The notes under the pieces are model-generated. The model saw nothing but the letters and a program-made list of their open reading frames with translations, was not told the origin of the DNA and ran no database searches. This document shows, piece after piece, positions 49,801-63,869 of a DNA stretch of 64,000 nt. The stretch is from Lytechinus pictus. Its lineage: Eukaryota. Positions within the stretch are counted from its first letter, which is position 1. Every line of letters begins with the position of its first letter. The translations under genes and the position numbers were made by a program. The stretch lies in assembly GCF_037042905.1 (NCBI RefSeq), contig NC_087247.1, positions 38,254,001 through 38,318,000 on the forward strand, read 5' to 3'.

Positions 49801-52800
49801 ATCAAGTATCACTGAACATCTCATGCGAGTTTCAGGTCACATGACCAAATTCAAAGGTCATTTAAGGCCATTGAACTTTGGCCATTTTGGAGGTAATTAT
49901 TAGATTGCTGTCATAACTTTCAAAGTTTATAGATATACATGTAGTTTTTAAATGTGGATATATAGGGGTAATCAAGGATCACTGACAAGACTTAGGTCTC
50001 ATGATCAAGGTCAAATGTCATTTATTGTCAATGAACGTAGTATTGTATACTTATATGAATGGTGTTTTTTGTGATTTATTTATTAGTAGTTTTCAAAGTC
50101 AGCACTGCTACCATATTGAATCGCGTGATGCAGGTGAGACTGCCACCCTGCCAGAGGCGCTCCACTTGTTTTAATATTAATCATTAAATTCAAAATTTCT
50201 TATTTTTGGCTCGTTCACAATTTTCCGGAACAGACGTACTCCATAGGCCAATCCTTGGTATATACCCATGCACAATTCAGTCCCCTCGAATCGTTTGCCT
50301 TTGATTACGTCGTTGTCCATAACGACGGTCCTTCTATTGCAAACACTCTTTGTTAAGTATGTTTGATGAAATATTCTTTTACTGTGTTGTCTATGTTTTT
50401 AAATAAAATGCCATAATTATTATCAAATGGACTTATTGTACCACATTTGTTACATTCAATTTTTATATACATTTATGAGAACAGCAGAATAAAATATTTG
50501 AAATGTACTTTCCTTCATTTTCAATCTAAACTTTTTACAAGTTGTTTGATAAAAACCATTGTTCATTTTAGATTGATAAGGACCCCGACATCAAAATGGA
50601 GATCTTTCTATTGGTTGGCGACACCATACCGATCGAGGTGGCTAAGTCAAAGAAAGGTTTCATGCCTTATCAACATCAACATCGGTACTTCACTGTTTGT
50701 AAGTCAAGCATTCTTCATAACAATTTCATGAAATTCAAATGACATTGCAACTTTCGAAGACTTGACTCACTTGAATCACTGTGTCCTTAAACAAGCTAAA
50801 CATGCCAAAAGAAAGTACGTTAGATTAATAGCGTAAACTATCATTCACAGATTATTCTTTTATTTTGATTTATCAGTACAAAACTTAAATCATTGTATAT
50901 ATTGAAGTGAATTATCTACGTGTATCTTTTACTTTATGGCTGTTATCTTATAAGATACAATAATGCAAATATGTATTCTCTTACATTGTTCCCCTTCTCT
51001 TCATCTCACAGTGTCGCCACTTTTGCTAGTTGTATATTATTACTACGAGGTTTTACGGTTCGTCTTCAAAAGAAAAGAATGGCTGGTAAGATTTTAAATA
51101 CTGTCAGGCCTTCTTACACAATAACAAAGTGATATAAATCTGATAATCAAATGATCAGATCACATCATTCCCCATTGGAGAGTTTGGGACTTAATGCTAT
51201 TTTAGGGTAGTAAATCTCTGTTTGCTGCATCTTTCATTTGATAATGCTTTACGTTATTTAGTATTCAACATTTTAACACACTCATAATTATCTGTTTTAT
51301 TTTGTATGGTGCAATGATAAGAAATAACAAAACAAAAAACAAAACTCTTAAGGATTTTTTTTCAAACATACAATGTTTATGAGAATATGATTGTGTTAAA
51401 CCAAATCATATTTGCTGAAGATCAACCAATGTGTTGGTATTTGATTATTACCTAATCAGCAGTCGCCTAAAATGTGACGTATTTTATCATTGAAATGATA
51501 TAATGTATATTATACTCTTCGATTAATGCCTCCCTTTTCGATACATTTACTTTCATATTTTTCTATCCATGCATTGTATTCCTCATTTTTCTTTGTTATT
51601 TGAAATTGCAAAGGGACAATCCGGCTGCCCCCTGTCACTCCTAAATACAATTAATAATATATCAATATTAATATTGTACTTTCTTTCTCTGCAGGAACTT
51701 TTCTTGATGGTGTTATACTTCATTCGCTGTTTGTATCTCTTCACACCTATTACTGGAATTGTCGGAGTATATACCATCTTATATCTTAGCAGGTATATTA
51801 TTCACGTTGTCTGAAATTATTACAAAATATTTTATAATTATGGTGGCTATAGATATTAGCCTATTAATGTTAGTTGTAGGCTACGAAGATCATGTTTTAA
51901 CAAATTGGCTCCAACTGACATGCCATGATGCTTCCCGACAATAATGATAATAATTAAATTCATTCTTTTGTTATATCTCTACTGAACATTTCTGAATGTC
52001 GATATCATGGCTTTGTTTCTTTTCTGCAGGGTGATTCAGAGTATGTGGTTCATATGGGTTAGTCAATCAAACCACATCCCAATGGCAGTAGAACACGATG
52101 AACATGATAAACATTGGGTCCCTTTACAGGTAATTGTCAATGAACATTAATGTTATTGAATGATACAGAAAACACGGTCTTTGGATATGTTATAGAGAGG
52201 GAGAGCAAGGGATAAACAGAAGGAGTGAGACAGACAAAGAAAGAGAGAGAGAGAGGGGGGGGGGGAGAGAGAAGCACGACGACGGCGTAGATTAACATGT
52301 TAACGAAGATGATGGTGATGATGATGATAACGATGATGATGATGATGATGATGATAATGATTATTTTATAAAAGAGCGAAGACGCCAATATAAGAAAGAA
52401 GCCAATTAAAGTGGAAGAGAACTACAGCATGAGTAATAAACTAAAACTCAGCATGTTCGGGGTTGGGAACTTTCAAGTTATCTTCGTGCGGAGATGGCGC
52501 TCTTTAAATTTGAGTTTGTTTGCCGGAGATTTTACAGCGGAAATTTTTGTTACTGGTTTTCTAAAGGGTAGCAATACTAACCCCCCTCCCTATTGAGCCC
52601 ATTTCAATTATTTTTCTCTCATGTAGATTATGTCCAGATACGATTGATACTTCATCAATTGACACAAAATGATTGCCAGATTTTATAACTTTACGATGTA
52701 TATCATCACCCACAGATGCATGCTACTTGCAACCTCGATTCTTCCCCTTTTATTGATTGGTTCACGGGCCATCTTAACTTCCAAATTGAACACCAGTAAG

Positions 52801-54235
52801 TAACGTTTATCATACACTATAAGGAATGAGTAGAAACATGTGAAGAAAACATGAAATAAATCATTATGTGGGTCGCAAGTCGAAACTATAATGCTTATAC
52901 TTAGACTGTTTGAGATGGCGCTATAAATCTATTCCTTTGTCATGTTATTGCATGTGTGATCCGGCTTGGCCATGATGGGCTTGACCCCCAAATTAAAATT
53001 TTGACCTCCAAATGACTTGCGTTTATCTTCTTCATATTGAATCAGCACGTAAACTAGAAGAAGAATAAACTGTGATTAGCCAATATAACATACAATTATT
53101 AAAAAACGAAGATTTTTGTCATGAAATTGGAGGAAATTAATTTTGATTTCAATACCCGATCACAGGTTGCAATAACGTTTACTCTACAGTTTGTCTTGTC
53201 ACGACGATTATCCGAGCGATTATCAATACTTGAGGTTTTTTTCTTTCTTAAAAAAAAAAAATCTTATAATGAGTCCACATAATTATGATTGCCGAGTTTC
53301 ACCATTAATTATGTTCCAATTTTGATAATAATAATATTTGATTTGCCTATCAATATCATAATATTTGCACACACAATCCTTTATTGTTGTCCTTCGAATT
53401 CAGTTTATTCCCTACGATGCCGAGGCATAATCTCTCTAAGATCCAATCGCAAGTGGAATCCCTTTGTAAAAAGTATGACATTCCGTACATCAAGAAGCCA
53501 TTCTGGACAGCCATGATAGATATTCTAAGGTACTTTATATTTGTTTGTATCCAAGTTAGGCATATATACAACATTTTAAAAAAGGCAAAATGTTTAGAGG
53601 CTGTCTTTTTAAGAGACTTATAAGCAAAACCTGCGAATATTTCTGAGGCTAGATGACGAAAAGACCCTCGTGTAAGATTAAAAAAGAAATTGGAAGATCC
53701 GAGAGGAGGTGAATGATTTATCTCCAATATTTCATTTGTTGGCGTACATTAATGGTTATTAAAAAATCGCCTTAAAGTTACCATAAGTGATTGACCTCAG
53801 AATCTTTACAGGCTGCAGGGATTCTCATTTCCTGTCAACAAAATGAAATCAAAGTTTATTCATTCATTTATTTTAATCAAATATACTCATTGATTACTCA
53901 TGCATGTTGCATGGATGTTCTCTGCTTTTGTTTTAATAACAGAAACTAAATTGAAATAACATTACAAAACTTAGGCGGAAGTAAAATAATTATAGGATAA
54001 AAAAAACTTGGTCAAGGTGTCTTCTCAAAGCCCGGTTTCGGAAATTCCATTTTTTTCTGTTGGCAATGACAGAGTCTAGGACAAAAATATGCTTAATACC
54101 AAGGCAATTTATTTCATTTTTCCGATTTTAGACACTATGTCATTCATTTTCCTTGTTTGAAACAGGTCCCTTCGAAAATCTGGACTCTTATGGTATGACA
54201 TGTACCACATGAACGATCAACTCAGTGAAGGATGA
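46829..54235 (+). CDS. Front-end fatty acyl desaturase (FADS1/FADS2 family, cytochrome b5 fusion), about 453-457 aa, 11 coding exons
   Basis: Exons 46829 (or 46841)-47071, 47348-47494, 48296-48544, 48951-49010, 50572-50698, 51012-51085, 51695-51792, 52030-52129, 52716-52795, 53404-53529, 54166-54235. HPGG haem motif, His boxes HDFGH, HYLHH and QIEHH, followed by LFPTMPRHN. Regiospecificity cannot be determined from the sequence. Confidence 0.96.
49122..50170 (+). mobile_element. HINE-like family A, copy 3 (desaturase intron 4)
   Basis: Same termini, GGC microsatellite and tandem units (spacings about 190/163/163 bp). Confidence 0.85.
52306..52361. repeat. (GAT)n microsatellite, preceded by a GA-rich tract
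   Basis: gatgatggtgatgatgatgataacgatgatgatgat... Confidence 0.8.
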
Positions 54236-56169
54236 TTTACAGAAATACCGTCAAATCGGCTGCATGAAATGCCACGCTTATTGCATGGGACATGCATGGG
54301 ATTGTATCGAATCACGGGGTGATGGCGTCGACCCGTAAGCCGATACAGCATTGCCGCTTCTTTTATTCATTCTCTAATGAGAGTAAAACGGAAGAATGAG
54401 CAAGTAGAATAAAGGACACGAAATTCAAAAGGAAACAAATATTGTTCAATATATAAATTGCCAAACACAGAGCACAGTAACTTTCATAATAATTTGTGTT
54501 TTTACGGCCTCATGTGCTGTCGATGAGAAATCTAGATAGGAATGTATTTTTCGTCATTATTTTGCCAATTCCCCTTTTCTAATCATTTCCCCCTTTTTAT
54601 CAATTTCTTTGAGGATGCAACTTTATCATGACTGCTTTAGTGAAAAGATTAGGTAATTTTTGAAAAATATGCTGCCTATGTCTTGTTGGGCGTTTATATT
54701 GTTGTAATCGACAGCATCATTATGTCATATCTTACATTATATAGGCTTGATAGCTGTCGACATAATGCCAGGTTTTAACGCTGATTTGTGTTTTTGTTTT
54801 ATGTTTACACTTAACACAAACCTATTTTTTATATTCAAGAATATTATTTACCAAGGTATCAATAAATTGGCAAGAGGATTTTGTTTTGTGGCAGAATAAT
54901 TACGCATGCAGTGTGACGTTGTGTGGAGGATATTCAGAGGTAAAAAAATACAGGCCTATTGCTAAAAATTGCTTTTCATGATAACAAGAATATTCAGAAA
55001 TTGTAATGATAGAAATTAATCATTGATTTTGGATAGATTTTGACAAAAATATTCAGAAATAAGATATTATTTCATTGTTTCCCTTTCCCTCTATTCCCTC
55101 TCTTCCCTTTCTCTATTTTTTCTTCGGGTTGTGAAACTTCTTGGGACCATGGCCCCCAAGCCGGCAAGCCCAACATCTTTACGCCACAACCCTCTAATCA
55201 ATTTTAGTTCCAAACTACAAATTTGAGTTTCAAGTCTTATTTAAAGTATCGAATTAGATATTCGAGTTCTGAATGCAATCTACGATAAAGATAATTGAGT
55301 TTATTCACACTTTCGAGTTTCGAGTGAAATATTCTGATTGCGGACACAATCATTAAATAAAATTGAAGCTATTTCCAATATTACTTTCTATATAAATTAT
55401 ATAATGAATTATTCATGACCTTAAAAGCTTTATGACTTGTAATACCATCATATATTTTATTGTTTGACAAAGATTTGTGAGTTTGTTTGATTAAATGTCC
55501 TCCCTTTATTTGCAATACAATGTTTATTGTCAAGTTTGTTGAATTAATAAATGGACTTCGTATACTGCTATATGCTGTGAATGAATACATTTTCTAAGAT
55601 AAACATCTAAGCATGTATAAATATATTAATCATCAAAGAGAAAAGCAAAGTTCAGTTCTTCAACTTGAAAGAAGTGGTTAATATTCTGAGATTATTTAAA
55701 ATCACCTAAGAGATGGGTGGGAATAAAAGTGTGTGTGGGGGGGGGGGGCGAGGATCGAGAAAGGTAGATGGGAAGGGAATGGAAAATGGAACAAGAATTT
55801 AGAGAAGAGTTAAAAAGATGATCGAGAGGGGAAATAGAGAGAGAGTCAGAGTCGGGATGGAAATGGGGCAAGGGTGGACCCAGCATTGTCAAATTGGAGA
55901 GGGGGCGTAAAAATAAAATCAACGACATTTTCCCGGTCAGCTTCTCGAATTAAGAGTTAAACATCGGGTTGTTGGGGGGGATTCCCCGATTCCTAATGAC
56001 TGAAGTTAAGTACTTTCTTAGCATTACTTCTACAACCAAGATTTCGGGGACTTAATATAAGGACTCGATAATAATGCGAGCGCATAGCGGGAGCTTAATT
56101 TTGTATACTCTTATAACTAAAACTAAGATATTTAAAGCACTTTTTGTACCCATGAACACGTGAAAACCT

Positions 56170-56670
56170 TGAGGCCTTCATCTTATACGACTGGTCCACG
56201 ATCCAATTTTGGAACAAATCATATTTTGTTTTTTATATTTTCTAAAATGTAAATGAAACGTAGTTTTATTTGTAGTTGAAACAAACTGGATAAAAATACT
56301 TATATAGCAAACTAATATATTTGGACATATAGTAGGCCCCCTCCCCTATTCATATGGCGTAGGCTCGGGGGTGCACGTGCACCCTCCCGCTGAGGCAGAA
56401 GAGTTCCGACACTGGCAAGCAAAAACAATGTATACCCCTTCTGCTTTCAACAGCTGATTTTCCAAAATTTAGTTCCACCTCCCCAAGATGTGAACCCCCA
56501 CTGATCTGAATATTATATCAGTGACACCCCCTACCACTTTAGTTCCACGGCTCCCCATACTCAAACCAATACGCCCTCAGTGATAAAACGATGATTCCGA
56601 ACTGCACAATAAGATATTCAACGTCTTAATATTCGCATCAACTTTTGCTAAGTTTTATTTTAAAAATGGT
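56170..56670. mobile_element. Degenerate copy of the Harbinger-like MITE with an internal insertion
   Basis: TACGACTGGTCCACGATCCAATTTTGGAACAAATC and TAAGATATTCAACGTCTTAATATTCGCATCAA resemble the 5' and 3' internal parts of 45992-46407. Confidence 0.55.
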
Positions 56671-57313
56671 GGGCACTTCATGACCCGAGAAATCTTTGGC
56701 ATATTGTTACAAAAAAAAAAACCTCATGAGAAGGTCCCTAAGCCATAATACCCAGGGAAGAAACCCAATATTGCAAACCTTTTACCCGAAGCTCTGATGG
56801 GACCTGAGTTATCCTAAGCGAGGGGTAAATGCTTTAATGTTACATTACCCCCCGCTGATTCCTCTGTCAGGGAGTCCTTTAATAGTCTGCAGCTGATTTT
56901 AAATGAGCGTCCTTTAATTTGGACTTGACCTTTTTGCCCGTGTAATGTCAGAGACAGCCGATGTCTACATGCCATCTATTCGTTATGGTATGCTGGGAAT
57001 GAGGGTCGACCGTATGGCCATACCATAGTTATAACGGTATTCCAGTTATAACGCATAGAAACGTATTCATTGGAATATACAAACTAAAGGGAAAACAGTA
57101 CTGAATATATCTAAGTAAAAAATATTAATGGTGAATTTCATTGTTATCCTTTGTCAATGCAGTTTTATCTTTTCAAAGTTATATGAATTGCCAAAAAATA
57201 ATCAGGGCCCAGCTCATATTTACTGTATGTCACACATAGTACTAGTAATAGGCCAGCGCAAGAAAAGGAGCAATATATAATAATAAAAAAAGTTAAGCCC
57301 TTTAATTGCTTTC

Positions 57314-57445
57314 ATTATTTTTATTATTATTATTTTATTATTGTTATTATTATTATTTTATTATTATTATCATTATAATTTGGCATATAAGTGTTGCTGT
57401 CACTGTTGTTGTAGTATTGTTATCATCATTAATTTTTATTATTAT
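57314..57445. repeat. (ATT)n microsatellite
   Basis: Imperfect ATT triplet run. Confidence 0.75.
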
Positions 57446-57939
57446 ATCTTAGTCGCCTTCATCCGCACTTTTTAGAGGCCAATCAATAGAAGCCCTTCGA
57501 ACCATATACACTGTGCGATCGTCGCTTGAAAACACTTTTTTTTCAATGAAAAAAAATCACATAATCATCAGTAACGAATTGATATTAATGTACAACTTAG
57601 CAGGTGAACTGATGTTTTTTTTATACATTCATTTTTTTAATCAAGCAAGATCAAGGAACAAGGGTTCCCGCAAGCATGGCAAGGTATATACATGGTATTT
57701 TGATTGTAATTATTCTCATGATGAAATGTGCATTATCAATTTTGAAAAGGCATTATATTGCCCGCATTGAATAGCAGTGACTCCCCACGTCTCCCACGAC
57801 GCGGCGCCGCCTAATTATAATACTAGTGAGAGATGTCTCGTTCAAGTTTATTGCCATGATGTATACGGTGCATGCAGGCAAAGCTGTATGATTCTACTCT
57901 ACACATCATGCATTCACGATCACAAGCACTCGGAATATA

Positions 57940-58030
57940 ATATCGACGACGTACGCACGTGACGCGCACGCTTAACCTCTCGATCGATCTGATGCGATAT
58001 GCATGCTATAGCCTTTGGATCGGGGAACTC
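57940..58030 (+). promoter_or_regulatory. Putative GAMT proximal promoter with E-box (CACGTG, 57956-57961)
   Basis: CpG-dense patch 100-190 bp upstream of the ATG. Reads GTCACGTGC on the minus strand, a USF/MiT-type E-box. Confidence 0.4.
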
Positions 58031-58125
58031 ATTCACTGAGCTCTCTTAATTCTTAATCTTCAATATTCGTTAAAAAATCGTTTTCTGAAGAAAAACAACA
58101 TTTTCTATTTGAGAACTTCTCTGAA

Positions 58126-61100
58126 ATGATGACATCTTCGGTAGTCATGGCTGACAAGATTTTTGCTTCTGGTGAGGACTGTAAATCGAGCTGGAATGAT
58201 GCGATGGCAAATTTTAACCAAGCAGACACGCACCTGGAAATAATGGGAAAGCCAGTTATGGAAAGATGGGAAACTCCCTACATGCACGAGCTAGCTAAAG
58301 TTGCTTCGTCTAAAGGTAATTGAAAAGCAAACACCTGATTTTGATGTCATTGTCAAGACTATTCTACATATATTAAGCTGTAGACGTAGTTTTTTTCATA
58401 ATGTTGGCAATTAAGGTTAACAAAAAGTACAAATATCAATTTGAAGAGAATTACGAGTGATGTTTCACAAATCGCTTGCCTGGCTTGACAATTTGGTCAG
58501 ATCTGTCGTTAGGCCTACGGTAATCAAATAAAATATGAAAGGAGTTCGGTTACACGACTCGATCCCATCCTCAATGGCCTTGTCGAAGTGACGATATTAT
58601 CTAGATCTAACAGGTAAATATGACGTTAAATGTAACGACTAACATTAGGGTCTATCTCCCAATCCAGGATCTGCATAAATCAAAGGTTTCCTGGCCTTGT
58701 TACTAGATAAAAAATTCGGGCAAAAATTAAGACATGCCCGACTAACTTAGAATAGATCTAGTGATTTTAGATCTAGCCTGGGTCTAACGTTAGATCAAAT
58801 CTACCCCAGCTATAGCCTAGGTCTAAGTTACTACCAAGTTACGTATGTCAATCAAGATTTTAAAGTTAATCCTAACTTGTATATGATATAACCAAGTCTA
58901 AAAATGTTAAGGCTTAAGCTCATTTGTTTGCCCCTGATGAATATGATATTGATAGACTGAACTAAATCTTATCAGTGTTTATTTTTTTAACCGATAGACT
59001 ACACATTTTCTGGTAGATCAGTCTAACACTGCGTCTATCATCTAGCGTGATTATATTTCACCCGAAGCATGAACCTTTCATGATTGCCAGTCTGAGGTTA
59101 TGAGTTATGTACATGTGGCACCCAATAATTCTCAACAGTTTAATAGCTGTGTTAGCATAATAATCAATTCAACATTCTTCCTAAAATTTAACACTTACAT
59201 TCTTCCTAAAATGTAACACTGCATTCTTTTTTTTTTCACTTCGTATATGGAAAGGCCAATTGAATGTTGATGGGTAGAAGTCAAATTCATAAATAATATT
59301 TTTCACAAACTAAGTATGAAATAGTTATGAGGATATTATCTTAAAATCTTAAGTTTTCATTTTATAAAAGTCTTTTTTGTTTGTTCGCTCGCAACTATTA
59401 AAACCGAATACCCCATACACCGCGTTAAAAGTTTTGACTCGATACGCCAGTGACTGCCAGAAAATGTCAACTTCCACATGGATTCGCAGCCATTTTGCAC
59501 AAATCTGATTATTCATCAAGCAAAGAATACCTCCTGATTACCCAAGCGTAAACTTATGAACCACTTCAAAAAATTATCATGTTCAAAATGAATTATTCCT
59601 TGGGGGCATATCAGGGGCCGCGTAACCGGAGAGGAGCGGGGCGGTGGGGCTTCAGGTCCCAATTGTTTTCAATAAACGTGTACAAAAAAAATCTGATAGT
59701 GACTTTTTGCATGGTAACAGGGGGTAACGGAACTTTTAAAACTGTTCCATGGCTCCTGTTTATTTTATGACAAGGACTATTATCAAAGGGGCACTTACGG
59801 TGTACCTTTTGAAACCCACTCCTTATATTTGTGCTGTGTTTTTTTATATTTTGTGATTGACTTCTGTTGCCCTGCAAGTAGTACAATAGTTCGGTACCTG
59901 ACCTTGGTTTATTTCTTCTCTTTTAATACAAGTCATGTATATATGTACTCTCATATTTATAGGGACAGTGGTTTTCCACGATCGCGGAAAACTGTCGGAA
60001 TTCACGAAAACGGCCTTTTGAATTGCTCTTTCTTGAGGATTTAACAAATAGATGAGAAATAAAGTGTTGGATAATAAATGAAAATAAAGATACAAGACAT
60101 ATTACATATAGTTTTTCTATAAAGTTGTATTTCATATGCAATGAACTTGATATAATTCAACTGGATTTTATAACCCCTTTCCTCATTTCTTTGTGTGTCC
60201 TCAGGCGGTTGTGTTCTAGAAATCGGTTTTGGCCTGGCCATTGCAGCCACCAAGATTCAGGAGGCGCCCATTACGGAGCACGTTATCATCGAATGTAATG
60301 ACGGTGTGTTCGATCGCTTAGAAGAATGGCGGAAAACCCAACCCCATACCGTCACACCACTCAAAGGAATGTGGGAAGATGTCGTGCCTACGCTACCGGA
60401 TAACAAATTTGATGGTGAGAGCATGCAACATTTTAATTATTCCGTAGGAAGATATACACGAACTTCACTTTGATGTACAACGCCTTTTATGGTTTGGTTT
60501 GGTGATTGCCTTGATGTAGACAAGTATATATGGGAGGGGGTATATGATTATATTCATGATAGTGTCTTAAGAATAATTTCAAGAGATTCGGAATGACACC
60601 AAATAACAACAAGTGCAAAAGACTAAAACAAATTTTAAGGGGAACTGGACTAGAGGGGGGGGGGGGGGCGGCGGTTAAAGGTATGAATCCACAGTCGCTT
60701 TCCATCTGTAGAGACTTCTCGTGAAATTCTTGTTGTTAGTCCACAATTGATGAATTCACTGTTCTGCAATTTTCATGATAGGGCAGTGCGAATGGCCAGA
60801 CCGAGCCTGCTATATAAAAACAAAATCTTAAGGGATAGAGGTGTAGCTAAAACTTTAAACTTGGCTAATGCACAATTCTGAAAAGGAAAAAAATGCAATT
60901 TGTTCTGGGGTTGAATTTAAAATTTAGAAAAAAATGTGCGCAACCTCACGAGCATCGCTGCACGAATTGCATTAAAGCTTGATGACGTGAATAAAACTGA
61001 GTAGATATGATATGGAAATATCAGTGATGTTGTACTTGTGTAATTTTTTCGTAAAACGCTTCCAAAACTTTTGTGTTGTCAGCAGAAAAAAAATAGAAAA

Positions 61101-62567
61101 AGGAGACCCCTCCCGCAAAAAAGAGAAATAAATACAAATCAAATAGGATGACAAGCTCTGTTACGGATACATAGTAAGACTTTATTTTTTTGCGTGTGAA
61201 AGGTCTATTTCTTTATTTTCAAATGAATACGTTTACTCTGGAACACCAGTAAAGCAGAAAAGAGGATTAGTGATTTGGGAACATAGCCATTCATTGTCTC
61301 TTATTTTTTTACCCATAAATATGTGCTTCACTGTCTCGATAATCATGTTTCTTTGACAGATGTAAATTTTCTGTTGTTTATGGTGAATATCAGTAATTCA
61401 CGTTTTGCCGATGAAACTGTACTTTGTGCAGAAAATAAAGCAGATTTCTTAAGGTAATAATTATTGTGGTAAAAAGGGCAATATAAAGTGCACTAAATTA
61501 TCACCAAAATTGAATGCGAGAATGCACCAGAATGACAAAAGGTAGATTAAGCTTCGGACGGGGATAATATATTCGGAAAGAGAGAGTCATTCACTTATTC
61601 GTACATATTGTTGCATTATTTGTTAGATGAAAATAATTCAAACCAAATCACGTTTACATTCCTGTAGGTATTCTGTACGACACCTATCCTCTATCTGACG
61701 CAACATGGCATACACATCAGTTCGAATTCATCAAGAATCATGCGTTCAGACTATTGAAACCAGGCGGTGTGTTAACATACTGTAACCTCACCTCGTGGGG
61801 AGAGCTCATGAAGAGCAAGTATACAGACATTCAACAAATGTTTCAGGTATATACACTGACGATTCACGTCAAATTATTTATACGAATGAGTAAGTGGAAG
61901 AAGAATAAATAAATTGACATGTGCTTGCACCTGTAGTTCGCATTTACTTTAATCTCATTAAATCACACTAACGAAATCAATTTCAAACCGATATGCCATT
62001 CGAAAAAAAAATAGTTTTGATCGTCTCGAGTGGGTTTCGTTGGTTTGATTTTGATTTGATTTTGACGTCAACATAAAAGTTTAAGGGCAAATAAGGGCCC
62101 TTCTGACTTCGAAAGTGGCTGGAAATCAACATATAGATTAATTAAATAGTGATTAGATTGAAAAAAAAATTAGCTTGAAAAAATTTCTTAAGGACCATTT
62201 TGGTTAAACTCATATTAGCGTAGTAAAGAAGGTATTCCGAAATTTTAGATCAGAGCGACGCCATTCAAATAAAGATATTTAACAATCTATAAATGAACGT
62301 GTACTTCAAGCTTGGACTAACGTAATACAATCGAAGAACTTATATTATTATAACCAGCAAACTATCAATTATTTTTTCATATAGGATGTGAAACTTAAGG
62401 TTTGTTTTGTTTTGACATTTCTACAGGAAACTCAGGTCCCATCTCTATGTGATGCTGGATTTAAGAAGGAGAATATATCGACCACTCTTCTACCCATTAC
62501 GCCTCCTAAAGAGTGCCGCTACTACGCCCATAACTTCATGATTACACCCACTATCTTAAAGGCATAG
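58126..62567 (+). CDS. GAMT: Guanidinoacetate N-methyltransferase, 239 aa (232 aa if the ATG at 58147 is used), 4 exons
   Basis: Exons 58126-58315, 60205-60414, 61668-61846, 62427-62567 (720 nt). Motifs [71 protein letters not shown] and CRYYA match GAMT. Confidence 0.98.
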
Positions 62568-62737
62568 CAGATCTAACGGTAGCCAAAATTATTTGGCAAA
62601 TTATGTGTTCTTATAATTGTTGGTGTTTTTCTTAAAAAAAATTAACAAATCCGTTCATTCGAAATCGTTGAAAGTTGCGAATGGATACTCGTTGAAAATT
62701 TTAATATATTTTGTGAGCTAACTGATGATTAACGTTA

Positions 62738-62743
62738 AATAAA
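62738..62743 (+). terminator. Candidate GAMT polyadenylation signal AATAAA
   Basis: First AATAAA seen after the stop codon (about 170 nt downstream). Confidence 0.4.
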
Positions 62744-63869
62744 AGCAAATATCGAAGTACTGTTGATTCTGGAATGAAGATTGCTAATCTTGTCATTGTG
62801 ATATTTGATGAAATTTCACTTTTGTTGAAGTAAAGAAAATGACGACTTTTTATATATGATATTCCGTTCATTGATATTTGTTTTTTCTAAGCCATGTCAT
62901 GCATCAGTCATGAAAACATTAAAAAAAAACAATATACACCTGATATATATTAACAAACGCCTTTTGACGTGGATATTTTGCTCATATATTTTGTTACCTT
63001 CACAATGAAGGGCGGAGGGAATGGGGGATAGCATATGTGATGAATGCATATCTGCACACACCGTAATTTTTCCCTATTCACTAAATCTATATCATATTTT
63101 CTTCAGCTTTGCAGTATATGCCTTTCATTGTCATAATAGTATAATCTGGTCTGGTGAATTCAAAAGCTTTTCACGGGTCACTTGTTTTTCACTAAAACTT
63201 GTTATAGCTTAGCTTGGAATAGAATGCGAGAGAGATAAATCACATATGTATATAGGCTTTAAGCATGAAACATATTCGTAATATTCATAATACATGTCCT
63301 TGCTTAAAGAACGCAATACAATGGATGTATGTAGCACAGTTTATAATCGTACCTCGGCCGCCCCCGGGGTTGGGATAGTTGGCTCTTCCCCTCCCCCAAT
63401 TTACATAGAAAATGTAATTTTTACAACTCTCACAAAATGCCATCAAAGGTGTTCTGTGCGCCAAAACTTTAAATTTCCATTAAAAAAGGAGATATAGGGG
63501 GGGGGGGTGACATTAATTAACATGAATCTATATCAGCACGTACCGCCGAGAAATGAATATTACGTACGGCCATGATAAAGTCAGAGATTGGTTTATCTAA
63601 ATTTGCCCCGCAATTTGTTTACTAAAGGCAAAGTTATCCCCCAATAAGGTTCAGAGATTTGAAATAAACTCCAAGTTTTCGCCAATATCATGAATATAGT
63701 ACCTATTTTATGCCTAGGTATAGCTTCCGCAGCATAAATACCATACATATAATACGTTGACATTTCCAAATCGGCGTGGCTTCAATAGCATCATAATGGT
63801 TATCTGAATAGGATAAAATCTATTGGGCATTGCACATGAAGTGAATGAAATGAACTGAATACAGGCCTG

